From NCBI RefSeq assembly GCF_000485595.1, contig NW_014577080.1:343423-407422 (forward strand): a DNA stretch of 64,000 bases. The letters are read 5' to 3'. The stretch is from Priapulus caudatus (Eukaryota). This document shows, one piece after another, positions 13,222 to 25,674 of the stretch. The notes beneath the pieces are model-generated. The model saw only the letters and a program-made list of their open reading frames with translations. It did not search any database and was not told the origin of the DNA. The first letter of the stretch is position 1. Every line of letters starts with the position of its first letter. The position numbers and the translations under genes were made by a program.

Positions 13222-14392
13222 GGCCCCGTCACACTAGAGCTACGCTCATCACGATCGCCCCACGCTCAAAAAATTTGCCCGATCGTGGTGTGAGCGTGGC
13301 CAATTGGGCCCCAGCCGGGCCCATGCAGCGCCGATACTACGATCTAATTACGTCGATACTACGATCTAAGTGCGTCTTTACCCCGATCTCATTGCGCCCA
13401 ACAAGCTTTCACCACGTTCCATACCACGCTCAACACACGCCCGCATCACGCTTGCACTGCGCTCACTGCGTCTTTATTGCGACCAATCAGATCGCATTGC
13501 GTTCGAACGACGCTTGCACTGCGCCTAAGCAACGCTCACCGCGCCTCAACTGCGCGCCAGTCACGCTCCTAGTGCGACTTAATCACGCTCTAGTCAGGCG
13601 CCGACTGCGCTGGCAACGACCATATAAATACAATGGCATCCACCAAAGCCATGAGCACCACGGAAAAGAAGCCCTTATAGGTATGATACAATGAGCCAGA
13701 GTTCGGTGGGCATCTCATGGCCTCATGTTTTCCGTCCATGGCACCGCAGGCATGGGGCACATTCCATTTTCTCAGGAAATCTTCGGCAATGGCCTGCCAT
13801 TCTTCTGGCATCGTAGGACACGAAATGACCTCCTCTTTGTGTTCTTGTACAATAGCCTGGCACACCTCTGGAACTAACAGCGATATGGTGTTACGGGCCA
13901 CTCTGAAGTCATACTGAATTGAGGGATATTTATCACCCGATGCTATAGATGCCTTATGGTGACTGCCAGTTTCAGTCCTGGTTCAAGTGCTTTTCTGTAT
14001 CGGGTGTCTTGCTTCTGGATTCTCGGCCCAATTCTGACAAGCAGTTCATCGAACATCTCCGGAGGCATCCTCAGGAAGTTGAACAAGGATGCTTGATCTT
14101 CCATGCGGAGCTCAGCCATGAGGCGATCAGAGTGACCATAGAGAAGTCGTCTTTCTACCTAAAGCCACGGACGCACCCAGCAAGATCTTCGTTGTCTTAT
14201 ATTTCTCCTCCTCATCCTCCTCAGCATGATGAGGGCTTTGCAATCAAGTAATTTGAGTTGTCCTTCTACGAGAAACATGGCATGGAGTAGTGTTGCCTCA
14301 TCCATAGTGGACACTGAACTGGTGGGCTGGCCAGGGTAGCACCCCAATTTATACCCCAAGACGCAGGACGTGATCTGAACGTGGTATTGACG
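13222..14392 (-). mobile_element. Internally deleted, truncated PIF/Harbinger element, copy 2 (inverted relative to copy 1)
   Basis: TIR GGCCCCGTCACACT preceded by TTA; contains the transposase remnant; homology to copy 1 stops abruptly at 14392. Confidence 0.88.
13632..14305 (-). pseudogene. PIF/Harbinger (HARBI1-like, DDE_Tnp_4) transposase remnant
   Basis: WVRPWL*...FNFLRMPPEMFDELL...KLAVTIRHL[frameshift]ASGDKY...WNVPHACGAMDGKH...YHTYKGFFSVVLMALVDA; in-frame stop near 14159, 2-nt frameshift near 13945, truncated after ALVDA. Confidence 0.93.
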
Positions 14393-14771
14393 AATATAAG
14401 GCGAATCAATTCAAGACAAACATCATTTCAAACATGATATTAACGAGAAATAAATGTCACATTATATACGTGTTACAGAGAATTAGCATTTTAGTAGAAT
14501 CTATGTTAATCTTTTCTCATAGAAAAAGATTTCCAAATTCAAGATTCCAAGATGCTTCCAAATTTTAATCCTGTAGGATTGCGTAGTAGTATGAGTTTTT
14601 CGCCGCGCGAAACTATGGATTTCACTACCATGATAAGTAAATGAAAGAAACGTTTTCATATTTTATTCATTTTACCGTAATAAAATGACACGCGAATGAT
14701 CAAATAAGCTTTTCGATTTCGAGAAGGAATAACTACATATACATATATATATATACATATATATATATAAT

Positions 14772-14984
14772 TAAATAAATCTGTCCACTGTACTGCCCAC
14801 AGCGACGAGATGTGATTCATACACGTGTATTTTGCAGGTTTATAAATGATATGATATCGTCAGTTTATTTCAATTCAATCAAACGTTGTATTTTCTAAAC
14901 TAGAGATCGATTTTGTAATTTCACAAAGTATACAAGACATCAAGAGCGTATTAAGAAGTCTTAATACGTCTTAATACGCTCTTG
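14772..14984 (+). repeat. 213-bp dispersed direct duplicate of 25051-25264 ending in a CAAGAG mini-hairpin (14941-14984)
   Basis: Near-identical sequences; the whole segment is flanked by ATATAAT on both sides. Confidence 0.93.
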
Positions 14985-16979
14985 ATATAATACTATATAT
15001 ATATATATATATATATACAGTATGGTTTTCGCAGCCACGTCTCGTTCACTGAAGTTAATATCGTATACTTGCCTCGTCGAGGATGGCACTGATGTTGAAT
15101 GTCAGCGCTGCTACACCATCCATGTGCCCGCGGGATTCTTTTTCACGTGTAGCCTCTCGAAATACGAGAGCACTGTTGAATAAGTGATGACTTTTCTGTG
15201 CTTTGCCAGCAGAACTTTTACGAAACTGACTAGGAAGATTGCACACAACCGCGTGTATGCTATCTGAATTTTGCCCTGCAGGTTACTACTATACCCTAGC
15301 ATAGGTTGTCGCGTACTGGTGCCACGCGTGAGGTTTCTCTCACTTGCGATGTAGAAAAAATATAATTTATTTCCACCGGGCTGATCTTGTTTCATCGTGT
15401 TGGCCTAATCCGCGCTGTCGTGATCTTTTGACGCACCACGCTGAATGTGATTGATCACGGCTTTGCATCAAAGGCGGTCCGCATGGCAACAGCACTTAAG
15501 GAAGATGCATTTCTGCGTGTCTCAACGCCGACTCCGCCATATCCGTCCGATTTATGTTTGCATGCGGGACGCAGTCGGGTGAAGGCGTCTTTTCATATAG
15601 AAACGTGACGTTCGAGTTCGGTAAACATGCCCAAGCGATCCAAGACCGTACAGCGTCGTGATCGTGTTTGTTGTACTTGTCAAGAGGTATCGCCCGATCG
15701 CGTTGTATTTCTCTGCTTTGTCGCGATACGATGTCCATGACGTCATTCGCAGGTATAATCTTTCTTTAACTCGTCCACGGTTGACCCCCCCCCAGCGATC
15801 TGTGGACGTCTCTATGCATACTCCACGTATATGCTGTACATCGACCATCTAGGCTTCAATTACTGGCCCAATCTCGCATGAAAGGCGTTTACTGGCCGAT
15901 ATAGCGATTCCAAAGCAGCGTCGTGGCCGTTCGTTGTTATACGCTTGGTGTAATGACGCGGGTTGCGTCCTAGAGACACTCGTGTGTTCTAGACGCTCTA
16001 ACAACTCGCGTTGTGACTTAAATCCTCGTGTCTCTGAGATTTCGATTACACGCCAGGTATTATTACGACACATTTGAGCGAAGCGTGTGCGTGACGTGTG
16101 GTGAGACGATTTACAAGAATCGGGCGTGCAGATTTCTCCGTTGCCATTTAGAATCATGTGTGATTGTGCGCTTAAACAGGGGATTATAGAGACCTCAGGA
16201 GAACAGGCATGAGTGTAATCTGATGGTCGTAGTGTTCATCAACACGCGTAAAAGCTAGATTCGCTAAAGTTAAATTGCCGCTGGATTACCGCGATGTCAA
16301 AATTCGCGTTTGTTGTCAAATCCCCAACAATCGGCAGATTCTCACATTTAAGTGGACACGGCAGGAGAGGTTAATGATGTATACAGAAAAAAAGGAGTGT
16401 CAACTTGACTTATACTTAAACTCTACCCCACCCACATCTACCTACACTCTACTCTACTAAACTCTACATGCACCTATGCTTTCTTTCATGGAAAAAAAAA
16501 ACACTAAAAAACACATCGGCAGCGAAGAAAAATACGACGCTGTTACCAGTGGTGGAAAACAATCAACTGGTGTAGTTAGTGCCTAATGCAGAGTATAAAT
16601 AAACGTACCTATGTCGGCAAATGTAAAGTTTTGCCGTATTTAGCTTGCAAATATTAGTTCGTCGCTTGTCGAGAACATTTGTACACCCCTGCTGGGTATT
16701 ACAAATGTTATATTGTACTGAATTGACACCTATGATCGTGGCGTCGTTCCACCATACTGATCGTATTCGTGCGGATGACAGGCCGTTAATATTCACTGCT
16801 CCCTCTTGGAATAAGCAGAAAATTATGTTCCAAATCATCTCTCTCTCTATCGGCATTTATTATTCCCTATTGTGATCGGTTGGTTGATCGGCTGCTCTTT
16901 GTGTTGCTAAGTTCTTCATATTGAAGTCGGTGGCATATAATAGATGGATTGTTATTACGTTGAATATGTATTGTTATAC

Positions 16980-17062
16980 TACAGTACGTGGTCCCCGCTT
17001 TATCGGGACATGTCAGCTCTAAAAATGTCCTGATTAAGCGGTGGTCCCGGTTAAGCGGTGAG
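16980..17062. mobile_element. Single end of a Tc1/pogo-type TIR element
   Basis: TA|CAGT...TCCCCGCTTTATCGGGACA...GTCCTGATTAAGCGG...GTCCCGGTTAAGCGG subterminal pattern; no partner end found. Confidence 0.5.
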
Positions 17063-17934
17063 CGCCAATCAACAACAAGGGTAAGTGTTGTTTTTCAGTA
17101 AAAAATCTTTCAAGCGACACGCCTGTTAAAGTGCGGACTACTGCACTTGCTTCGGAATACACGAGTTGAAGTGAAGATGGTATATAGTCTTCGGCAAGAA
17201 CCTCAATGTTGTCAACTGCCTAGCTGTTTTAGACAGCCGCTAATTGAAAATATTACAACCGTAACAAATGACACGTACATGTCCTCCACAGCTGTCTGGA
17301 TTACTAAGAGACATATGAATCAGACATTTTCTATATGTCCCCCAACTACTGTTTCGGAAATATATCTCCAGAACAAGTCTGTTCTATATATTTGACTATG
17401 AAATAGGCAATTGTATTGATAGATTAATATTTGCATACAAGCGAACCCCTGCTAATTTAAATAGTATGTAACATTCAATTTCAATCATATAGTCCCTGTA
17501 ACAAATGTATGTACGAATTTTACTTTGTCAGGTGCCCATGATGTTATTTCATCAACGCGCATTCATTAAAGTGATTATACGTCACCGTAAAAATGGTAAA
17601 AAAAATAATTCACAAAATGTAAGTAATTCTGCTCACTTTTTATGGTTAAATTGCTGCATTATACTTCCTATTTTACTATATTGTTCGATGTAAACATACA
17701 TTCGTAACTCATACATAGCCCATAGCAAGCAATTAATGTCAGGATCATAATATCAAATCGTTCAGAGAGACATGATACAAGATTGCGTGGCACAGCTTTG
17801 CTGTTGATCCCGAGCGCTGCGCGCGGATGAGACGCGCAGTTCCGCGGGATATGCGCACGCGACCGCGGGGATGTTGGTCGCCATATGTTTCTATGAACCA
17901 AAGTATTGCTGGTGGTTGCGTGCTACGCCCTACT

Positions 17935-17958
17935 CCCTAACCCTAACCCTAACCCTAA
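17935..17958. repeat. Short interstitial (CCCTAA)4
   Basis: Direct inspection; lies within a repeat-like segment. Confidence 0.85.
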
Positions 17959-18102
17959 TTAAATTTAATTAACACTAATAAATTTAATTTAATTATAAAA
18001 AAAGTGTTATAAAAAATTGTAAATAAATCATGTAAATATTTGCGTTAATTGGGAAAAAATAGTTAAATGGATAAAGATAGAAAAATAGAAAAATAAAAAT
18101 AA

Positions 18103-18174
18103 TAAACAGATGGGATTCGAACCAACGCCCTTCAGACGTAACGGCCGTTGGCGTACCAGCTCGGCTATTCGGTC
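18103..18174 (-). pseudogene. tRNA-derived sequence (SINE-head-like or pseudo-tRNA)
   Basis: A-box TAGCCGAGCTGG and B-box GGTTCGAATCC at tRNA-like spacing, followed by T-runs; acceptor stem does not pair. Confidence 0.6.
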
Positions 18175-18868
18175 CAAGTATGAAGCGTGGTCCGCAGTGA
18201 AGGCGTGCACCAAATTCGAGGCTCGGCGCATTTCTCTCTCCACAGCGGTCAGCGGATGGTCTGTAGTTTTAGAAGATAACAATGAAGACTTTGTTCTAAA
18301 TAAGAACTATCGGCGGCTAAATAAGAACAATATACAGACCTTTGAATTTCTTGACTAGTCAGTCAAGGGTTGGGGATCCATTATGCAGAGCTTCCAATTG
18401 AAATGGCCCATGAAATTGTCAAGTGGAATTGTGTTTTTCGGAACCCCAAAGAAAATGTCTCCCTCTTACATGCACCCCTTCCCTGATCAATCACGCATTC
18501 AGGCGTAAACAATAACAGAGATGAAATTGTGTTGAGTTTATGGCTCTTGGCGCACGTGCATTGACGTACAAGACTGATGAAAGGGCTCAAGGATAGAGAG
18601 CATGGTTGTGAGAGCAAAGCCGATGTGTTACGCTACATAGTTGTCAATCTCGCCATGCTCTCTATCATTGTACCACAGGCGGCTTGGAACGTCTCAATAA
18701 AAATAAATCTTCACACAATTTTTCACAATGATCGACCGCCTGTGTGCAAAATGGATGAACGTATGTGAAACATATACGGTTAGTACTTACTGTGACATAT
18801 CCGTGACTAACTGACACCACTAAATTGGTAAAATGTTCCATGCACCTTAAGAAATGTGAGAAATTACG

Positions 18869-19436
18869 AGGTTATCATCGCAGAACTCCCGAACACCGTA
18901 CGTCACAAAGCTATAATATATGTAAACAAACACGCGGGTTGCGAGGTGCCTGCCTCCGATATCCATTTCGAGGCCCGCTAAGCCAAGCATAAAGCGCGCG
19001 CGCAAGACGTCACAAACACAGCTACGTTCATTGGCTAAAACAATCGAGTAGCGCGGTTAGGGATTTTCGAAATTATTTAATTTTATGAAAAACTTTAATG
19101 TTCAATGAATGACGCACTCGTTTACTTCCGAAAGCGGGTAAAAATGTCTAATTTTTTTACTTCGGTGCGAAATGCATCGGCCGGACTTTTCATTATTTAC
19201 GAAAAGCAAACAGTCTCGCCAAACACCTACACGCAGTAACGGGTCACGTCGTTGACGCCCCATTCATGCCCATCAACGAAGAAGGCGGGGCTTATTCTGA
19301 TTACGGAGATGCCAAAATGCAACAGAAGGACGTAGCGCAGTGCGCTAAACGGCGTGCTATTTTCGTTCTTGTGCCAAACTCTATTGTAGGAAATCGTTCT
19401 AGCCTTGCAGAATGCCCTAGTTCCTGAGGTAACCTT
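18869..19436. mobile_element. Probable degenerate TIR element AGGTTATC...AGAACT / AGTTCCTGAGGTAACCT
   Basis: Imperfect terminal inverted match; no clear TSD. Confidence 0.4.
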
Positions 19437-19606
19437 ATATTATATTATAGAGAGGTGCGGCGTAGGCTGTGATTGGAAGACACAAAGTGTCAATCCTGGG
19501 CGCGCCTCGGAATCATGGCCGCATCACGTCCAGGTTTTTTGGATTTTTAACTAGTTGAGAAACAATCTTATCGGGTAAGAATTTGACGATACGTTTAGTC
19601 CCGTTA

Positions 19607-20075
19607 TGCTAGCCGCACACTATCCGACCCGAGCGCGATTTGAAGGCTTACGATTGGATCGAGATGTTCTAGTTTGGCTCGGGAGGATTAAGATTGGCTC
19701 GGGAGGTCATTTTGGCCCGATTCGAATTTTGAATCGGGAGCAGATCGGGTCGGATAGTGTGCGAGGGCTTACGACGCGACTCGGAGAGTGTGCGTGGCCA
19801 TCCGACCCGATCGACGAGCGCTGAAGAAAATTGACCAATCACAGAGCTGCGCCATGGGAACCGCATTCGAATGGAATGGCATTCGAACCATGGGAAACAC
19901 TCCCGATGCTTAGTACACGCTAAATCCGCTTGGAACGCCACGAGAGTGCCATGGTTTGCGTCAACTTTGAGTCGGACAGTGTGCGGTGGCCTCCCGATCG
20001 ATCGGGATCGGGTCGGATAGTGTGCGGGGCGTTCGTGCTGTGCACAGTGCAAAATCGGATAGTGTGCGGCTAGCA
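19607..20075. mobile_element. Harbinger-type (Tourist-like) MITE
   Basis: Perfect 21-bp TIR TGCTAGCCGCACACTATCCGA; TTA TSD at 19604-19606 and 20076-20078; internal TCGGATAGTGTGCG repeats. Confidence 0.92.
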
Positions 20076-21751
20076 TTAGTACTTACTTTAAATGTAAAAA
20101 AATGGCAACAAAAATTTTACAAATATACACCATAGGAAATTCGTGGTGTAGTCAATTTAAAAGGTTGAAATTGGCGCATATCGCCGACTAAAGTGAACAT
20201 GTCAGTGATATAAGACAGTCTGTAATTCTCATTTTGTCCAAGCAGTGAGTACGGTATATAACGTTATGAGCTGCACTGCATGTAATTGCTATACGAGTAC
20301 CTTGCTAATATTAGGTGTCAAACATTTGATGTGCCGTTGACCAACCAAATACCTACGCTAATAAAACGTGCTTTAATCAAACTCGCCTATTTTTTCTCCG
20401 ATAAACAGAATATTAGATGTGATAAACCGACACTACGTGTACACGAATTCACAGGAAACCGTAGCTATACTTCAGGATAGGATAGAGTTTGTATTTGGTC
20501 GATGCACTCGTGTCATTGCAAATGCACGTGATATTTGCTGTACGAAGTGGACTAATGCGGGCGGAATGTGCGGTATATACGTCCATGGAGTCGTGCTGCA
20601 TAGGCCGATCGCTGCCTTGCTTCTAGCTACACGGACTGCCGCGCTCTGTTATTAGATGAAACTATATGTCGGCGTGCACAAAATCGTTTCACATGTACCC
20701 CCCCCCCTTCCTCCTCCCCCCACCAGCGTGATTTCTCGTGGTTGTTTGGGAAATGGCGATATAATTTCTACCTGAATTTCGTATTGATCGGCATGCGATC
20801 TGTACATTCATCAACACCCGTATAGTGTAGTGAATATGACGGTAATGGATTGAAACATTTACAGCGTTGAGAGCGAGTTTCCGAAAGGACCTGATTTTGC
20901 TGAGGACATATATTTTGATTGGGAAAGTTAAACATTGCATAACTTATACACACGATCGTCGCGCAGTAATGACGCTCGCTATACTCACTATAGCTTTGTA
21001 TTTCCCACGCAAGATACTCTATACAGACCTCCTTGGATGATTGATTGCATGCTAAGCTAGAAACAAGCATCTCATTCTAATGCAGATAGCCATTAATTGG
21101 AAATGATTATAATTTATTAACATAAAAAACACGATGATTTATTGTAGTGCTCGAACAGACATACATTATGTGGATATTTCTGTATCGCTAATGGCATAGA
21201 GCATAAATAATACAGAGCGCGTCCGGTATGTACGTATCATACAGAGACTGGCGTGTGAGCGGGCGCCCCCTGGGAGCATTTCCACTTAACACGTTTCTAT
21301 CGGAGGCGTTAGGTGGTGCTAAAGCACATTCTTGACTGGCGACACCCGGTCTAGTTGTATAGTGTGTATGCCAACCTCATTATTGTTATATTGCTCTACT
21401 CACGTACCGTGGCGAATATTCATTTATTACTGTCTATATTGCGCGAGCTATGCATTACAGCGGCGCGCATTCAATAAGCATAGCAATATATTGATAGCAA
21501 AATGTGTTTGCCCATCTTTATCAGAGTAAGCGCGTTATGCGTACGTCTTTTTTCGATCGTTTACATGTGCAATAATATATGACTAGCAAGACCTCTTGGT
21601 GTAATTATTGTTGAGCTTCATATTAAAGGTAGTCATGCAGGCCGTGTCTCATTCCTTTCATTCCTGTGTAGTACATCCCATAATTTGCACAAAGGGATTT
21701 TAACCTGACAAGCCCATCAACGTCATGCTTACCGTTTGCGGTTGGTTAGAT

Positions 21752-21848
21752 CAGGAGTGAATAATAATAGATCGATTAATATTTAACTAATTAATATCTA
21801 TTAATTTTAATATTAGATATTTAATAGATCTATTATTATTTACTCCTG
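21752..21848. mobile_element. Mini TIR remnant CAGGAG...CTCCTG (97 bp)
   Basis: About 22-bp inverted ends, AT-rich filler, perfect 7-bp TSD GTTAGAT. Confidence 0.88.
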
Positions 21849-22020
21849 GTTAGATGTATGTGACCATGCCGTGTGAGCGTATATGCGTGAAGCTACTCGG
21901 CAGTTCATTACCTAGTTCCTATATAAGTTACTAGAACCCGTTCTGCGATTTAGTTCGCGAACCCAGTTCCATATTTTGTTAAAAATAAGAGGTACACTGT
22001 ACACGGTACCAACGGTACAC

Positions 22021-22614
22021 TGTACACGGCAGGGAGTGGTGTTCACGCCACGAACAAGTTGTTACCTACGTCTGTTACAGTGGTGAACTACTCGCCTTAA
22101 CTTGTTTAATATATAAATAAGCAAGCGGATCTCGGAAATAAGTAAGTGGTCTCTTAGAATACATTTAAAATATCCACAAGCTAGGGAATACCATGTGCAC
22201 AATTCACAACCTGTTCTACATCTGTTTCTATGGTGAAATAAAAGTGAACTACTCGCCAAATGTCGATTATTTAAAATACGATAAACAGAGATTTTAAATG
22301 TAATGTAAGAGTCCACTTTCTTATTTTTGAGATTCGCTTTCTTATTTTTTAGACGTATCTCCTTATTTTATAGCGGCGACATTAGGCGAGTAGTTCACTT
22401 TTATTTCGTCATACAAACAAATGTATAATATGTTGCGGATGGCGCACATGCTATTCTTTATCTTGTGGATATTTTAAATGTAATGTAAGAGACCACTTAA
22501 TTCTGAGATCCGCTTCCTTATTTAGAAATTAGGCATGTTTCGGCGAGTAGTTCACCACTGTAATGGATGTAAACACCTTGTTCGTGACGCGCACACCACT
22601 TCCTGCCGTGTACA
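22021..22614. mobile_element. Foldback/MITE element with long imperfect inverted arms
   Basis: TGTACACGGCAGG...CCTGCCGTGTACA; GTGAACTACTCGCC occurs twice in the left arm and GGCGAGTAGTTCAC twice in the right; possible TA TSD. Confidence 0.88.
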
Positions 22615-23511
22615 GGATGTCGTTGTTTTAATAGGTTCAGTTACTTATTTTCAAGATTCACTTCCCAGTTCCTTTTTTTTCACAAAATAAGCAACTAGGA
22701 ACTAAGACGTAACTTCACGCGCAGCGCGCGTGTGCGTCCGTGCGTTTGCAGCAAAAGAAAAAAATCAATTTTTGTCTATCGATTAGCCCGTGCACACACT
22801 TGACATGCTGGGTTCGGTATAACTGTAAACAAGATATCGTTTGCGCGTAGCCTAATGATATGAGCTCATGATGCAATCGCGCCGGTGCTGTTAACCCATA
22901 CGCGCAGTACCGCCGGCTACACACACCCCACGCGTTCCCCGGGGACGTCTGCCCCAGTGCTGAAAGTGTTATACTCTGCCTCATCATGATAACAGAGTAA
23001 TACGCAGTGCAATGTTGCTCTTAATTATTAATGGCCACTCTGTGAAAACATTGACAACGGTCTGCGCTTGCTACAGTAACCGCGCTGCCGTTGCAGACGT
23101 GCGTTTAGACAATGCTTCATATTCAATCACACCGCAGCCTGCAGGACGTCGCATCTATAGATAGGCGTTAAACATGGCGTGATATTTGCTTCCCAGCACT
23201 ATACTAAAACAACGTATATATCTGGTGAAAATTGGTTATGATATTAAATATGATTAATAAGTGGATTTCCCCCAATGTAACTAATGAAATTAAACAAGTA
23301 GTGAGTGGATGGATTAGTGAGCCATGTTCGATAGAAAGGCGAATTGCTTATTCACCAATTGTTTGAGCTAAACTCTCTTGCGTTTACGGGAAGCGCAGTT
23401 GGTAAGATCCGATGCAGTATTTGTAACAAAAATCGACGTGTTTTTATCTATAAGTTTGTCTGTCCTAACTACCTCCGCGCAAACGGAGGTCATGCAATCG
23501 CTCGCGCGCGC

Positions 23512-23556
<45 letters not shown>

Positions 23557-23574
23557 TGTGTGCGTGTGTGTGTA

Positions 23575-23852
23575 GCCACCGCGCGATCGATAGCGCGTCG
23601 AGTCAGCGAGTGGCGAGTCAGCAGCAGCCACCAGTGAGCGGCGAGTCAGCCAGCGCGATCGATAGCGCGTCGAGTCAGCGAGTGGCGAGTCAGCAGCAGC
23701 CACCAGTGAGCGGCGAGTCAGCAGCAGGCGAGATAGTCAGCAGCCACCGCGCGATCGATAGCGCGTCGAGTCAGCGAGTGGCGATTCAGCAGCAGCCACC
23801 AGTGAGCGGCGAGTCAGCAGCAGGCGAGCCAGTCAGCAGCCGCCACCAGCGA
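23575..23852. repeat. GC-rich tandem repeat (about 3 copies of a ~70-95-bp unit GCGCGATCGATAGCGCGTCGAGTCAGCGAGTGGCGAGTCAGCAGCAGCCACCAGTGAGCGGCGAGTCAGC), preceded by (CG)n(TG)n
   Basis: Direct inspection. Confidence 0.9.
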
Positions 23853-24034
23853 GCACATACATGTTACATGCTCGCGGAGGTATGCACTCTCCGTGAGTGC
23901 CCTCTGTCTAGTTATTACTATATTATCCTGTAATCCTAATAACTCTTCCTTTATTAATAATGATTCATAAGTATTTCTTACTAAATCGGCGGAATCCTCT
24001 CACCTTCGGTTCACAGCTGTTTTGAGCGGTATGA

Positions 24035-24037
<3 letters not shown>

Positions 24038-24113
<76 letters not shown>

Positions 24114-24454
24114 TTCTATCGCTTTTTCTCTCCCGCTCTCTTTCTCTTCGCGTCTCTCTCCCTCTCCCTCTGTCTCTTTGTTTACTGTTCATCGTTAGTG
24201 ACTCGTTATATGCGTGTTCTAGCGAGTCATGTAGGCCTGGCTGGTCTGGCTGCTGCTTACGGGCCGATGAAGGGTATAGATGACCTGTGAAGATAGATGG
24301 TAGTGATATATACAGTGTCTGTCTATCTGTCAGTCTCTGTGTGTGTGCGTCCGTGCGTGTGCGCGAGTGCGCCAGTGCGCGTGTATGCGTTGGGTGTGCT
24401 TGTTGCGTGGTGTCTTGTTGCGTGCCTACTCGCGGGCGCGCGCGCGTGTGTGTG

Positions 24455-24515
<61 letters not shown>
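24038..24515. repeat. Two (CT)n tracts with intervening low-complexity DNA
   Basis: Direct inspection. Confidence 0.9.
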
Positions 24516-24517
<2 letters not shown>

Positions 24518-25220
24518 AACTCTGTTTTCACCTGGGCTGTGAGTTTCGCTGCTGTAGGAGAATGAATCCGCGCTTGATGTGTATAGATGATCTGTGGAGA
24601 GACTGTTGAAAAGAGGCTGACTAATGCCGTGATATCGAGTCGTCGTGGCGCTGTGATGTGACGGCTGGGGCGTGATATGGAGAGTTGGTTAACAAGCCGA
24701 GCGGATCAACACAACAACAGCTGCTGAACTGCGGAAAAAAAAGAAATCTATGGAGCTAACACTGGTGAACGATGTGACGGGGTTACGGCAATGGCGACCT
24801 TCAACTGAAGGCTAAAATGCTGTTCTTTGTTAAGCAGCTAGGTAGTTCCCACTTATACCTTCTTGTCGGGTGGTTTATAGTTAAGTATAATCTTACCTGC
24901 TCTAGGAAGGCGACACTTGCCGTTAATTGATGTAGCTGATTTTTATACATTCGACATTTCAAGAAACGAATCAGCTGTTTTTTAACTTTATATAATTGAA
25001 ATATACTATATGCGTTAATTTGTCATTTGTTCTCACGAACTGTCTTTCATTAAATAAATCTGTCTACTGTACTGCCCACAGCGACGAGATGTGATTCATA
25101 CACGTGTATTTTGCAGGTTTATAAATGATATGATATCGTCAGTTTATTTCAATTCAATCAAAACGTTATATTTTCTAAACTAGAGATAGATTTTGTAATT
25201 TCACAAAGTATACAAAACAT

Positions 25221-25264
25221 CAAGAGCGTATTAAGAAGTCTTAATACGTCTTAATACACTCTTG
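25221..25264. mobile_element. Mini TIR remnant CAAGAG...CTCTTG (44 bp)
   Basis: Hairpin; flanks AAAACAT/AAGACAT (the duplicate at 14934-14940 retains AAGACAT). Confidence 0.88.
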
Positions 25265-25344
25265 AAGACATCCATTGACCAATATGTAAATGGAAAAGTT
25301 GTGTATAGGCTATATGTGCACTTAGAAAAACGTCTTAAATTGAC

Positions 25345-25674
25345 TACGTCACGAATTTTCCATGGTAAAATTTGTAAAAAAAAATTGCCATTTTTTACAT
25401 TAAAAGTAAGAACTAACGTTACTAAATATATCATCAAACTCTCACCTGATAAAAATGTTTTTACGTTGGTTAAATTTGCCATGCATTCATTTAAATTCCC
25501 CCAGTACTGTTCAGATACTGGTGTCTCTCTGTTTTTCACCGGCAAATTAGGGCATATAAAGAAGGTATATAAGCATGAAAAGTAAACAGAAACACTAATT
25601 GTATTTTCATACATTTTATTTTGTACAAATAACTCACAAACATTCTACTTGATGGTGCTAGAAATTCGTGACGT
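25345..25674. mobile_element. MITE with TIR TACGTCACGAATTT...AAATTCGTGACGTA
   Basis: 14-bp inverted ends; its right part recurs inverted at about 50737-50916. Confidence 0.78.

Noticed and set aside
18103..18174. Functional tRNA gene
   Set aside because: Acceptor and anticodon stems do not pair convincingly; kept only as tRNA-derived.
23526..23933. Repeat-protein ORF or spacer array
   Set aside because: Simple GC-rich tandem repeat with no splice context or variable spacers.
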